A DNA stretch of 64,000 nucleotides from Candidatus Uhrbacteria bacterium (GCA_016206155.1 JACQSC010000004.1:7450-71449); one strand, 5' to 3'; shown: positions 25,714 through 35,350, numbered from the stretch's first letter. The notes: generated by a model not told the origin, from the sequence alone. Program-made: numbers and translations.

Positions 25714-27619
25714 TAGAAGGGGCGCGCTCATTGCCGCGGCGATGCTCACTCTTGTCTTTATCGGAGGGATTGTTTTTCTTTGGTCATACGATGTGTGGTA
25801 TCAAGGGAAAATCATGCCCGGTGTTATGATGGGCAAGCGAATAGTTGGTTCATATAGCCCAGAATACACCGACGATATGCTCGAAGCGTATAGAGAGCGC
25901 CTCCGCCTCCAGGGCGCAGTATTCTCATTTAAAGGAAAAAACGTAACACTTTATTCAGTTCCCACCACACTCAATGCAGATATTCCAATCCAGACAACGG
26001 ATTACCTTTTTGACATTAACAGCGACGCAACCATTGCATCGCTGATGGCGGTTGGGCGCACCGGCTCGCTCCAACGGCAACACGTTGATCGCATGCGCAG
26101 CGCAATCGCAAAGACCTCAATTGCACCCGTCATCACAATCGACCGACAGCGCGTCATTGATCAACTAAAAAAAGAATTCTCCTTTTTCCATACACCGGCC
26201 ACAAACGCGCGCTTCGCCACTGATGAGAAAGGCGCCATCACAATAACGCCTGAGACTCGCGGCATTGAGTTTGATTACGATAAAGCGCTTGCCTCCCTTG
26301 CCGTTCAACTTTCCTCGCTGGAGCAGCCAACCATTCATCTTGACGAAGGCGCAACACTCCCCGACATCACAACACGGGACCTCGAGAGCGTGCGGAGCGG
26401 TGTCGAGCAGTTGATTGCCGAACCGCTCGAGATTACGTTTGAGAATAAAGAATCCGACCCACCACAAAAGCGCGCGTGGACACTTTCCGGGACACTTTTG
26501 TTGTCATGGGTAAAACCACAGCGGTCATCTGGTGGGCAGGCCGAAATTCAATTTGATCGGGGAGCGATAAGCGACTATCTCAAAGAGAAGATTGCTCCCG
26601 ATGTGCGCGTTGACGTCGTGCATCCTCGATTTGAGATGAAGAATGGCCGTGTTGTCGCATTTGATATTCCGCGTGACGGACGAGAGCTCGACAGCGAGAA
26701 AACAGCTGATGTGATTAGTGCATCGCTGACCGATCGACGTATTTCCGCTCAGATTGTTGTTCGCACAATCCAGTCCCCGTTTCGCCAGAGTGCGGACTCC
26801 GAGCCGGTCATTAAGGAGCTCCTCTCCCGCGCGGAAACAGACTTTTCAGGAAGTTCTAAAAATAGAGTGGCTAACATTGCGCGCGGCGCCGAGCTTATCA
26901 ATGGAATTCTTCTCGCGCCCGGCGAAGAATTCTCAACGAACAAAGCCTTGGGGGATGTTGATGCCGCGCACGGATTTTTTCCCGGATTGGTCATTAAGGG
27001 AACGGAGACCGTGCCGGAATACGGAGGCGGCTTGTGCCAGGTTTCAACAACACTTTTCCGCGCCGTGGCATTTGCCGGACTCGAGGTGCGTGAACGCAGG
27101 AATCACTCATACCGCGTATCATTCTATGAGCCACCCGTAGGGTTTGACGCAACGATTTATGGCACGTCGCCTGACTTTCGATTCAAGAATGATACCCCTT
27201 CGCATCTTCTCATCCAAGCACGAACCGTGGGCAACAAAATGATCGTTGAGTTCTGGGGGAGCAAAGATGGCAGAACGGTTGAAGTGGATACTCCGCGTGT
27301 CTTTAACATAAAAAAAGCCGGCCCGCCGAAACTCATTGAAACCGACGAGCTTGCGCCCGGTGAAAAAAATTGCACAGAAAAAGCACATAACGGCGCCGAT
27401 GCGGTGTTTGAGCGCCGCATTACGTACGCCGACGGAACCACAAAAAAAGAAACCTATAAAAGCCACTATGTTGTGTGGCCGGCGGTCTGCCTGATTGGAA
27501 AAGCAAAGGAAGATCCACCTCCACCTGATTCGAGTGCGCAAGAGAATACATCATCATCCGCTCAAGCTATTTTTTCGGACAGCCAAAAACAAGAATCGGC
27601 GCCAACGCAAGCACCGTGA
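25688..27619 (+). CDS. VanW family protein (membrane-anchored, with N-terminal peptidoglycan-binding-like region)
   Basis: GGGLCQVSTTLFRAVAFAGL...RNHSYRVSFYEPPVGFDATIY VanW core; TM after MNHPSPHRNRRG. Confidence 0.8.
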   Translation: MNHPSPHRNRRGALIAAAMLTLVFIGGIVFLWSYDVWYQGKIMPGVMMGKRIVGSYSPEYTDDMLEAYRERLRLQGAVFSFKGKNVTLYSVPTTLNADIPIQTTDYLFDINSDATIASLMAVGRTGSLQRQHVDRMRSAIAKTSIAPVITIDRQRVIDQLKKEFSFFHTPATNARFATDEKGAITITPETRGIEFDYDKALASLAVQLSSLEQPTIHLDEGATLPDITTRDLESVRSGVEQLIAEPLEITFENKESDPPQKRAWTLSGTLLLSWVKPQRSSGGQAEIQFDRGAISDYLKEKIAPDVRVDVVHPRFEMKNGRVVAFDIPRDGRELDSEKTADVISASLTDRRISAQIVVRTIQSPFRQSADSEPVIKELLSRAETDFSGSSKNRVANIARGAELINGILLAPGEEFSTNKALGDVDAAHGFFPGLVIKGTETVPEYGGGLCQVSTTLFRAVAFAGLEVRERRNHSYRVSFYEPPVGFDATIYGTSPDFRFKNDTPSHLLIQARTVGNKMIVEFWGSKDGRTVEVDTPRVFNIKKAGPPKLIETDELAPGEKNCTEKAHNGADAVFERRITYADGTTKKETYKSHYVVWPAVCLIGKAKEDPPPPDSSAQENTSSSAQAIFSDSQKQESAPTQAP

Positions 27620-27623
27620 AATT

Positions 27624-27656
27624 AAAAAAACGGCTTTGTGGCCGTTTCTTTAATTT
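27624..27656. terminator. putative terminator after the vanW-like gene
   Basis: aaaaacggc-tttgtg-gccgttt stem followed by a T-rich run. Confidence 0.5.
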
Positions 27657-28075
27657 CAGACAGAAACCTGCAGACAAGAAAATGTACTATTCGCATATTC
27701 GAGCCAAAGGCCCAAATGACGGATACCACATCCCCATGCTTGTCGTGTCTGCAGAGTTCTGTCTGAAACTGTCTGTAAAGAACGCACATGTAACGTGTAG
27801 CCGACAGTCTACCACAGCCACGGATCTTGTCAAGAGTGGTAGGTGTCCCATTTTAGTGTTCACGTCAATTTTCCTTATGGTTAAAGAAAAATGCCTCTTT
27901 CTATTCATCAGTTCAATAAGCAAGTGCACCACTTAGGGGTTCGATGTTTCCGCGGTACACTCCGTGGATATGGCATACACACACCATTCCCAAGACGAGC
28001 GCGAGAACGCTCAATCGCGTCAGCGCTTCCGGAACCCATCGCTCCGTATAACGCACCGAAGGAAAAACCAAAAAT

Positions 28076-28378
28076 TCAAGTGTTTGAAGGTGAGGATGGA
28101 ATGAAGCTCTTGTACAAGGAGCTCTGTGAATCACTGAACAATATTGAAAGTGAAGAAATCATCAAAACATACCACGCGCTTTTTGGCAATACGGAAATTG
28201 TTGCACCCGAATCAATAATAAAACGGAGAATAATAGGTTCGCCCTCTTTTGTGATCATGGTGACTTTAACCGCCGGGAATAGTGAAGCGTGTCCGGAATC
28301 AAAGAACGATATTCCGTAGGGGAAAACGATTGGCATAGTATAGTACCGACAACGAACGTGGAACGATAAGAAATTCAA
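28076..28378 (-). CDS. retropepsin-like (clan AA) aspartyl protease domain protein
   Basis: FIIDSGATISVLPKS D-S-G-A active-site motif with hydrophobic context. Confidence 0.5.
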   Translation of the reverse strand: MNFLSFHVRCRYYTMPIVFPYGISFFDSGHASLFPAVKVTMITKEGEPIILRFIIDSGATISVLPKSAWYVLMISSLSILFSDSQSSLYKSFIPSSPSNT

Positions 28379-28577
28379 CGTCGTGCAATGATCGCTCGGG
28401 GCGCGTTTGCCTCACCTTGAATATTACCTCCTCAAGGTTTTCTCCCTGAGCGACGACTTCGCCGTCTAGAAGAGCGACCTGTTTGCCACCGTATTTTTCA
28501 ATATCGATTGCGGGAATAGATGCCTTGGTCATAGTTCCTAAAGTATACGGCATCATCAAGGCAATGTTAAAAATCAC
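28299..28577 (-). CDS. small protein, DUF5678-like, partner of the aspartyl protease
   Basis: IEKYGGKQVALLDGEVVAQGENLEEV pattern recalled from DUF5678-type proteins; overlaps the protease ORF. Confidence 0.45.
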   Translation of the reverse strand: MIFNIALMMPYTLGTMTKASIPAIDIEKYGGKQVALLDGEVVAQGENLEEVIFKVRQTRPERSLHDVEFLIVPRSLSVLYYANRFPLRNIVL

Positions 28578-29557
28578 TTCGCAATGTGCGCGGGGGTTTT
28601 GCCGGAAAGGACGTCGAGGATGTTTTGTGCTGCGAGTCGCGCCATCGCATCACGACTGCGGCGGGTTGCCGATGCGATGTGCGGCGTCATGATCACTGAA
28701 TCAAGCTTTTTGAGTTCATACTGATCGGTCGGATCACAGTCAATCTCCGGCTCGCACTCAAAAACATCAAGTGCGTACCCACCGAGTTTTTTTGCGTAGA
28801 GCGCTTTCAGCACAGCCTTCTCATCAACAATCGGCCCGCGAGCGGTGTTGATAAGAAGCGCTGTTTTTTTCATCAGACGAAGGGCCTTTGTTGAAATTAA
28901 GTGGCGGGTTGAAGGAAGAAGTGGTACATGAAGGCTGACAATATCGGATTGCTTCAAGAGCTTTTCTTGCGTCGCGTATTTCACGCCGGACTCACTCTCA
29001 AACGCGAGATCACGGTGAAGATCATAATAGAGCACAGTCGCACCAAACCCAAGGCGCGCGCGCTTAACGACTTCTTTGCCAATACGGCCCATACCAAGAA
29101 GACCGACTGTCTTGTCGTAGAAATCCTGCCCGATAAGAAGGTCGGGGTCCCACCCCATATATTTTCCTGCGCGCGCAAAGCGGTCGGCTTCAACAATACG
29201 GCGCGAAAGCGCAAGCATCAGGGTAAAGGTATGTTCGGCAACCGAGATACTTATTTCTTCCGACGGCGTATTGGTCACGGCGATCTTCTTTTTTTTTGCC
29301 CCTTCAAGGTCAATATTATCAAAGCCAACGGCATAGTTTGAAAGCACCTTCAATTGCGGCCCTGCCGCATCCATAACATCGGCGTCTATTTTATTCGTAA
29401 GGAGACAAAGAATCGCATCATACTTCTTGTCTTTCACTTTTGCAATCATCTCCTTTTTAGAAAGATTCCTGCGCTCCTGCTGAAGCGTCACCGTATGCTT
29501 TTTTTTCAGCATATCAATGCCAATTTTTGGGATGGGACGGGTGATGAAAATTTTCAT
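28574..29557 (-). CDS. D-isomer-specific 2-hydroxyacid dehydrogenase (glyoxylate/hydroxypyruvate reductase-like)
   Basis: GLLGMGRIGKEV NAD-binding motif and catalytic R/E/H context; start set at MKIFITRP. Confidence 0.85.
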   Translation of the reverse strand: MKIFITRPIPKIGIDMLKKKHTVTLQQERRNLSKKEMIAKVKDKKYDAILCLLTNKIDADVMDAAGPQLKVLSNYAVGFDNIDLEGAKKKKIAVTNTPSEEISISVAEHTFTLMLALSRRIVEADRFARAGKYMGWDPDLLIGQDFYDKTVGLLGMGRIGKEVVKRARLGFGATVLYYDLHRDLAFESESGVKYATQEKLLKQSDIVSLHVPLLPSTRHLISTKALRLMKKTALLINTARGPIVDEKAVLKALYAKKLGGYALDVFECEPEIDCDPTDQYELKKLDSVIMTPHIASATRRSRDAMARLAAQNILDVLSGKTPAHIAK

Positions 29558-29566
29558 ATAGGTACA

Positions 29567-29594
29567 TTTTTTATGACTGGATCCCGGCCTTCGC
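29567..29594. repeat. REP-like hairpin CTGGATCCCGGCCTTCGCCGGGATGACA (copy 2)
   Basis: Identical to 22088..22115 except the flanks. Confidence 0.85.
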
Positions 29595-29608
29595 CGGGAT
29601 GACATTCA

Positions 29609-30529
29609 CTATTGATTCCTAAAAAGTTTAATTTTTTGCAACGCTACTTCTTTCACGAGATCATACGCTTCGGCGAGAATTTTTCGCTCGTCGGTATAGC
29701 GGGTATGCTCAAGAAGTGCACGGCGCATACCGGCAACAAACGCAAGGCGCAGGTCGGTGCCGACATTGACCTTATTGATGCCAAGACGAATGGCCTTTCG
29801 CACCGCAGCATCGGATACACCGCGTGCACCGTCGGTTCGAACGCAGTCGTGCACAATGTCGCATTGATTGTGCGCGATACGCAGGAGCTTTGACGGGATC
29901 CCGCTTGCGCCATGGAGCACCAGGGGCATGCGCGTTCGCTCTTTTATCTCCGCCAACCGTTTGAAATCAAGACGAACTCCGTCTTTTGCCTTGAAGGGGC
30001 CATGCGCCGTTCCAATGGATATCGCAAGCGAATCAATGCCGGTGCGCTTCACAAAATCAACGGCTTTGTCCGGGTCGGTAAAATGTACACTCCCTTCTTT
30101 GGTCAAATCTTCGTCTACTCCTAATGCCCCTAACTCTGCTTCAACAGAAATACCGCGTTTCTTTGCCCACCCGACAATCATTTTTGTTTTTTTAACATTC
30201 TCTTCGTACGGCAAATCAGAACCATCAAACATCACAGAGGTCCATCCCCCGTCAATACACCGCTTAATAAGATCAAGGTCCTTCCCATGATCCAGATGGA
30301 GTGCTAATGGCGCCTTTCCTTCCGCGGCAAGATATATCAGTGCGCGGAGATTGCGAAACCCCGCATACTCAAGCGAGCTTTCGCTCGTTGCGATAATAAT
30401 TGGCGAGCGTGTACTTTCCGCCGCGGACACCACTGCCTGCAGCATCTCAAGATTGTCGACATTAAACGCAGGCACCGCATAGTGCCCGCGATGAGCTTTT
30501 TGCAAAAGTTCTTTTGACGTTACAAGCAT
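29609..30529 (-). CDS. fba: class II fructose-bisphosphate aldolase
   Basis: AVPAFNV, HLDHG, metal-binding His pattern. Confidence 0.9.
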   Translation of the reverse strand: MLVTSKELLQKAHRGHYAVPAFNVDNLEMLQAVVSAAESTRSPIIIATSESSLEYAGFRNLRALIYLAAEGKAPLALHLDHGKDLDLIKRCIDGGWTSVMFDGSDLPYEENVKKTKMIVGWAKKRGISVEAELGALGVDEDLTKEGSVHFTDPDKAVDFVKRTGIDSLAISIGTAHGPFKAKDGVRLDFKRLAEIKERTRMPLVLHGASGIPSKLLRIAHNQCDIVHDCVRTDGARGVSDAAVRKAIRLGINKVNVGTDLRLAFVAGMRRALLEHTRYTDERKILAEAYDLVKEVALQKIKLFRNQ

Positions 30530-30530
30530 A

Positions 30531-31523
30531 TTAAATCTTTCGCGACTTTTTCCCACACGTTTTGCATCGCTTCATCATCTGCTCTTTTGTCAGGAGTCCT
30601 GCCTGAGGACCGATCTTTTCAATGACTGAGGCGGCATTTGCCGCACCCCACATCAATGCCTCGGAAAGCGGCAAATTATATGCAAGCGCGCTAATAAGGC
30701 CGGTGGAAAACGCATCACCCGCACCAGTGCGCTCAACAACCTTGGCGGGCACGGGAGGCATGCGATATGAATTGCGTCCATCAAAGCCAAAAGCGCCTTT
30801 GTTTCCGTCTGTCACAACCACCAATTCCGGCCCAAGACTCCTGAGGTCTCGCATGATTTCCTGAATTGGCGTCATGGGATGGGCGCCAACAAGCGAGATC
30901 GCCTCCTCTTTGTTTAAGATCAACACATTCGTAATGCGCAATATGGGCTCTAGAACTTTCTTTCCGGCGAGCAGTTGATGGGTGCCCGGGTTGAACGCAA
31001 GCTTCGTTCCGTTGCTATTTAGATACTTCACAAGGGCCTTGAACACTTTTTCAAAGCCCTTCCCCATAGAGGTGAAGTAAATCCACTTCGCTACTTGCAG
31101 CGCCGGAAGTTTATACGGCCGAAGATCGTGATAGACAAGAATTGTTCTCTCTGTTTTGTAGCTTAAAACGGTTGAGTAATTGGTCGGATTGTTTTTTTCA
31201 ACCTGGAGATAATCGTGTGCGACACCCTCTTCCTTAATACGATCCATAATCCTGCGCCCGGAATCGTCGTCGCCAAGGACGGTATACAGTGCGGTTTTCA
31301 GTCCCAATCGAGCTGAGCCGACTGCGTTGTTGCATGCATTGCCGCCGAGTGAAAAATGAAGCTCTTGCACGGGAATTTTTTCTGCATAGTTCAAACAAAA
31401 CCAACACGTTGTCTTATCAAGACTGCACAGCAGTGATGCGCGATCAATCATAAGGAATGCATCAAGGGATGTGTCGCCAATTGAAATGATGTCAAAGGCG
31501 GGAGTGGCGTGTTTCTTTGTCAT
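30531..31523 (-). CDS. PfkB-family carbohydrate kinase (putative phosphofructokinase or sugar kinase) with a Cys-rich C-terminal tail
   Basis: GAGDAFSTGL anion-hole motif, GG N-terminal motif; adjacent to fba. Confidence 0.85.
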   Translation of the reverse strand: MTKKHATPAFDIISIGDTSLDAFLMIDRASLLCSLDKTTCWFCLNYAEKIPVQELHFSLGGNACNNAVGSARLGLKTALYTVLGDDDSGRRIMDRIKEEGVAHDYLQVEKNNPTNYSTVLSYKTERTILVYHDLRPYKLPALQVAKWIYFTSMGKGFEKVFKALVKYLNSNGTKLAFNPGTHQLLAGKKVLEPILRITNVLILNKEEAISLVGAHPMTPIQEIMRDLRSLGPELVVVTDGNKGAFGFDGRNSYRMPPVPAKVVERTGAGDAFSTGLISALAYNLPLSEALMWGAANAASVIEKIGPQAGLLTKEQMMKRCKTCGKKSRKI

Positions 31524-31532
31524 ACAATGAGA

Positions 31533-31883
31533 CTATGTATCGTTATTCTTTTTTAGAAGCGCGATCTCGCGCACAAGCGTTGTAATCTCTCCGTCAATTT
31601 TCTCAAGTTTTGCAACCATGCGGAAGAGAAGATAGAAAATTACGACGATTGAGAGGTAGAACACCGCATCAGCCCCGCGCGTCACTTGCAGGAATGCCGC
31701 CAAGTAATCCGTCAAGTTCGGTTGCCAAATAAGGAAGATGACAGCGATCCAAAACAGCGACCACACTAAAATGGTTTTACCGTGCACTTCCTTCTTCTGA
31801 AACTTTGAAAGGGCCTTCCCGATGACGAGGACGCTAAAGAGCGTGACGAGAATCTGAATGGTCATGTGAGCAATTTTTTCCAA
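31533..31883 (-). CDS. DUF2304 family membrane protein
   Basis: Two TM helices followed by a C-terminal coiled coil; typical partner of GT2 DPM1-like enzymes. Confidence 0.65.
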   Translation of the reverse strand: MEKIAHMTIQILVTLFSVLVIGKALSKFQKKEVHGKTILVWSLFWIAVIFLIWQPNLTDYLAAFLQVTRGADAVFYLSIVVIFYLLFRMVAKLEKIDGEITTLVREIALLKKNNDT

Positions 31884-32536
31884 ATCATTTTTAAGCCGAT
31901 TGCGATGGCATTTACAGATCGTTGCCCCTTTTGCCGCGAGTAATCGGTATAGGTAATTGTAACAGGAACTTCAACGTATCGCAATTTCAAACGGCGGATT
32001 TCATCAATCAATTCTGATGCGTAGGCAAATCGATCTTCCGTGAGTACGATTCGCTCCGTAGCGACGCGAGAAAACGCCCGCATGCCATTATGCGCATCGG
32101 TCAGGCGGATACCGCTCATCCACCAGGTAAAAAATGTTCCAAGCTTGAGGAGTACTTTGCGCGTATTTGAAATATTGGTAATTGAATCTTGAAGAAAGCG
32201 GGATCCGAGCACCACATCGGCCTCTCCGCGCTCAATCGGCGCAATGAGCGCGGGTATATCTTTCGCGTGATGTTGTCCGTCAGCGTCAAAGTGAACAATG
32301 ACATCACCGCCGTGCGCGAGCGCATACTCGGTGCCAGTTCGTATAGCGGCGCCCTTGCCGCGGTTAATAATGTGCCGAAGAACGACCGCGCCATGAGCGC
32401 GTGCGATCTCACCGGTATGATCACGCGAACAATCGTCTACAACGACGATAGTGGAGGTTACCGTTTTTACATCATTAATCACAGCGCCAATTGTCTGCTC
32501 CTCATTATATGCTGCAATAAATACCCAGATATTCAT
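31862..32536 (-). CDS. family 2 glycosyltransferase (DPM1-like polyprenol-phosphate glycosyltransferase)
   Basis: VFIAAYNEE...VVVDDCSRD...FDADGQH motifs. Confidence 0.85.
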   Translation of the reverse strand: MNIWVFIAAYNEEQTIGAVINDVKTVTSTIVVVDDCSRDHTGEIARAHGAVVLRHIINRGKGAAIRTGTEYALAHGGDVIVHFDADGQHHAKDIPALIAPIERGEADVVLGSRFLQDSITNISNTRKVLLKLGTFFTWWMSGIRLTDAHNGMRAFSRVATERIVLTEDRFAYASELIDEIRRLKLRYVEVPVTITYTDYSRQKGQRSVNAIAIGLKMIWKKLLT

Positions 32537-32618
32537 CCCGTTAGAAGTAGATCGCTTTTATGGCTTAACCCCCTCCCTCCCCTCTTATCCCGCCGAAGTG
32601 ATCGCAACTTCTAACGGG
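32537..32618. promoter_or_regulatory. 12-bp inverted repeat (CCCGTTAGAAGT / ACTTCTAACGGG) enclosing a 58-nt C-rich loop, abutting the GT2 start codon
   Basis: Direct reading; in the minus-strand mRNA the loop is purine-rich (GGAGG-like). Confidence 0.5.
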
Positions 32619-32656
32619 ATTCATAGTACCACAAGCATATCACCTATTTCCAAAAC

Positions 32657-32684
32657 AAAAAAGAGGCCCTGGCCTCTTTTTTTA
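32657..32684. terminator. bidirectional rho-independent terminator (AAGAGGCC-CT-GGCCTCTT flanked by A/T runs)
   Basis: Directly downstream of tRNA-Gly on the minus strand. Confidence 0.75.
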
Positions 32685-32692
32685 AAATCATC

Positions 32693-32766
32693 TGGAGCGG
32701 GTAAGGGGAGTCGGACCCCTCGCTTCTCGTTGGCAACGAGATATATTACCGCTATACGATACCCGC
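32693..32766 (-). tRNA. tRNA-Gly (anticodon GCC)
   Basis: Manual fold of the reverse complement: acceptor GCGGGTA/TACCCGC, anticodon loop TTGCCAA, T-stem AGGGG/CCCCT with unusual T-loop TCCGACT, encoded CCA. Confidence 0.85.
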
Positions 32767-32785
32767 AGAAAGTATCACTATGCTA

Positions 32786-35350
32786 TCATTTCTTTTTTCT
32801 GCGGTCAAGATAAAATTGTGCGCCAAGGCCGGCGGCGATGATGAGTGTAGCAATGAACGTAACGATAAAGTACTTTAAAAGATTGGCTCGAGGGTCTTTC
32901 CGCTCTGGCAAAGTGAGTACGCGCGACTCTGATACTTTCTCGCCAAGAATCGCGCCTTCCGGTGTCGCGATGGCGATGTCGTTTTCGTCGCGGGGGAGAA
33001 TGCGGTATCCGGCGCTTGTTTCACTCACAATACCGGTAACGGCCATGACTGATTCTTTTGGCATGCTCTCCTTCGCGATACCGGTGTTCTTTGTTACATA
33101 CACCCGAACGCGCGCGTCACCCTCTTCAAGATACACATTGGGCCAGCGCGTATCGGCAACAGTGCCAGTTACACGCACAAGCTCTCCTTCAAGCGCTTCC
33201 CCTATTTCACCCAACGAGGTCTCAAGCGCGAGCGGATCCTCTTCGCGCCCGATAATGGCAATATTATTCGCCTGCTCAATGCGTATCGCTGTTTCTTTTC
33301 CGTTTTTGCGCACGGCGCCTGATATCGCGATTTTATCGCCGCGTGCAAGCGGCGGAAATTCTTTCCTCAGATTCCATATTTGAATGCCGGAACCGGCAAT
33401 GTAAAAATAATTTTCACTCACGATACCGGGTGGCATGGATACAACACCTTCAACAACAACACGCGTTCCTGACTTGAGGGAACGGACGCGACCAAGCGAT
33501 GTGCTGATTGATTTGGTCTGGATGGGGGGTGTGGTCACGGATGAGGGTGGCTGAACTACGGAGTGACGAGCGGGCGATGAGGAATTGGCGTGAGCAGAGA
33601 ATGACGGTGGCGTAACCGTTGCCGCAGAAATACGATCCTCAATAACGATATGATGAAACTGCGCCATGCTCACGTGTCCGTCGCTCACGGTGAGCAGGAT
33701 AGGAAACGCATCTTCATCGTCAAAACGATGATGAACAACCGGACCTGCGCCAGTTGTTCCATCGCCAAAATTCCAGTGAAAAATAAGCGGATCGCCATCA
33801 CGATCATACGTGTCTGATGCGTCGAAAGTCAGCGGATCACCGGGAGACGCACTATACGGTCCAGCAATCACAATGGTTGGCGGCGTGTTGTCCCGCTTAA
33901 TCACATTAGTATCATTCGGCGTGCTTGTCTGTGTCCATTCAAACATGCCCGTCGCGTTCCGCGCGTAACTCAAATCAAGCGGCGCGTTCTCGGTATATCG
34001 CACCTCATCTGTTGCGCGAAGAGCATTGGGGGCAAAGAGCCGTACGCGCTCACCGCCGGTATTGCGGAGCGGAAGGCCGGTCATACTTCGCGGGTAGGCG
34101 CGATACTCCTGTGGTTTCAATGGCTTTCCATCTGAAAATACATACCGTATATCGTTCAGAAGAGTCAGTTCCCATCCGGTCAGATTTACCGGCACATCGT
34201 TGGGATTATACAGTTCGATAAATTCGTCCTCCGGCGAACGTGAAGACGGATTGGGAACGAGTTCGGAGATAACGAGTGGCGGCGCTTCCGGCACGCGCGC
34301 CGTTTCCCTCTCGACGATGGTGTTTGCCGCGCCCTTTGTAGGCGCCCCGGTCATACGAAAATCATCACGGTTGTTTAAGGTGTTTCCGATACGCGCAAGC
34401 GAGAAAGGATCAACTGCCGCAACTGCGTTGTCGCGCAGATCCCCGTCATCCCAATTTCCGTAGGTGAGCCGGTCAATCATCACGCGCTCTGCGCTATACA
34501 ATATAATCATATCGCCGGCATTGTCGAGAAATCCGGATCCAACGGAAAAAACCGCGTACTGTTTTCCGCTTTTTACATCAAGTTTCCCCGACAACGTGAC
34601 CACACCGCCGCTTCCATCTTCAAGCGTCCATCCCACGAAATCGATTATTTGCCGTGTCGTGTTGTACAGTTCCACCCACTCTTCCTCGCGATCAATAGGA
34701 TCGGAAACGATCTCGTTGATGAGTACGGCTCCGCGCCCGGGACGCCACACCGCGGGAGGCGCCTGTTCATTTTTTTTCTCCGATTCCTTCGCTTGTTGTT
34801 CCGATTCTTTTTTTTGTTCTTGTCCGCCAGTGGTGGCATTGCTGTTCTGCGCGCCGATGGTATGGCTGTCAGGATGGCTCTGCCAATTTGCCGCCGTATA
34901 ATCGGCGGTGTTCACGTTTTTTCGTTCGAGCGATGTTTTTTTTGCTTCAATGTACGTAAACAATTCAACGATGTCGCCACTTGCGTTTTTAAGCCCAACC
35001 TCCTCTCCTTTTTCCGCAAGAGTACCCCATGAACTGTCAATGAGCGTGCCGGTTAAGCTCGGATGTTTTACTTCAACGTTATCCGCCTTATTCGCAATCA
35101 CCGCGTACTCTCTCGGCTCGATAATAAAATCGCCGCGATACGCGGTGAGCTTGTGATTGACACCAGCCTCATAAAACTTCCATCCCGTGATGTCAACTGG
35201 TTCGTTTCCTCTGTTGTAAATTTCAATCCACTCATAATCACTCGATTCGTGCGCGGCAATCTCATTGATAACAATATCCTGGTCGACGGCAAAAAGCGGC
35301 GACGGTGCGAAGAATATAAAAAATATCACGATGAAAAATCGAGAGGCCAT
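32786..35350 (-). CDS. large surface protein with lamin-tail (LTD) domains, a PKD domain and a C-terminal TM anchor
   Basis: LTD-like repeats (INEI...EWIELYN...DITGW), PKD core FHWNFGDGTTG, N-terminal signal peptide (start set at MASRFFIVIFF), C-terminal TM plus RRKKK. Confidence 0.75.
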   Translation of the reverse strand: MASRFFIVIFFIFFAPSPLFAVDQDIVINEIAAHESSDYEWIEIYNRGNEPVDITGWKFYEAGVNHKLTAYRGDFIIEPREYAVIANKADNVEVKHPSLTGTLIDSSWGTLAEKGEEVGLKNASGDIVELFTYIEAKKTSLERKNVNTADYTAANWQSHPDSHTIGAQNSNATTGGQEQKKESEQQAKESEKKNEQAPPAVWRPGRGAVLINEIVSDPIDREEEWVELYNTTRQIIDFVGWTLEDGSGGVVTLSGKLDVKSGKQYAVFSVGSGFLDNAGDMIILYSAERVMIDRLTYGNWDDGDLRDNAVAAVDPFSLARIGNTLNNRDDFRMTGAPTKGAANTIVERETARVPEAPPLVISELVPNPSSRSPEDEFIELYNPNDVPVNLTGWELTLLNDIRYVFSDGKPLKPQEYRAYPRSMTGLPLRNTGGERVRLFAPNALRATDEVRYTENAPLDLSYARNATGMFEWTQTSTPNDTNVIKRDNTPPTIVIAGPYSASPGDPLTFDASDTYDRDGDPLIFHWNFGDGTTGAGPVVHHRFDDEDAFPILLTVSDGHVSMAQFHHIVIEDRISAATVTPPSFSAHANSSSPARHSVVQPPSSVTTPPIQTKSISTSLGRVRSLKSGTRVVVEGVVSMPPGIVSENYFYIAGSGIQIWNLRKEFPPLARGDKIAISGAVRKNGKETAIRIEQANNIAIIGREEDPLALETSLGEIGEALEGELVRVTGTVADTRWPNVYLEEGDARVRVYVTKNTGIAKESMPKESVMAVTGIVSETSAGYRILPRDENDIAIATPEGAILGEKVSESRVLTLPERKDPRANLLKYFIVTFIATLIIAAGLGAQFYLDRRKKK

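Noticed and set aside
27925-27960. tRNA-like T-arm sequence ggggttcgatgtttcc
   Set aside because: No acceptor, D or anticodon arms could be folded around it.
27891-28319. 142-aa plus-strand ORF overlapping the aspartyl protease and DUF5678-like genes on the opposite strand
   Set aside because: No recognisable motifs, whereas the minus-strand ORFs carry a DSGA protease signature. Kept only as an alternative to test.
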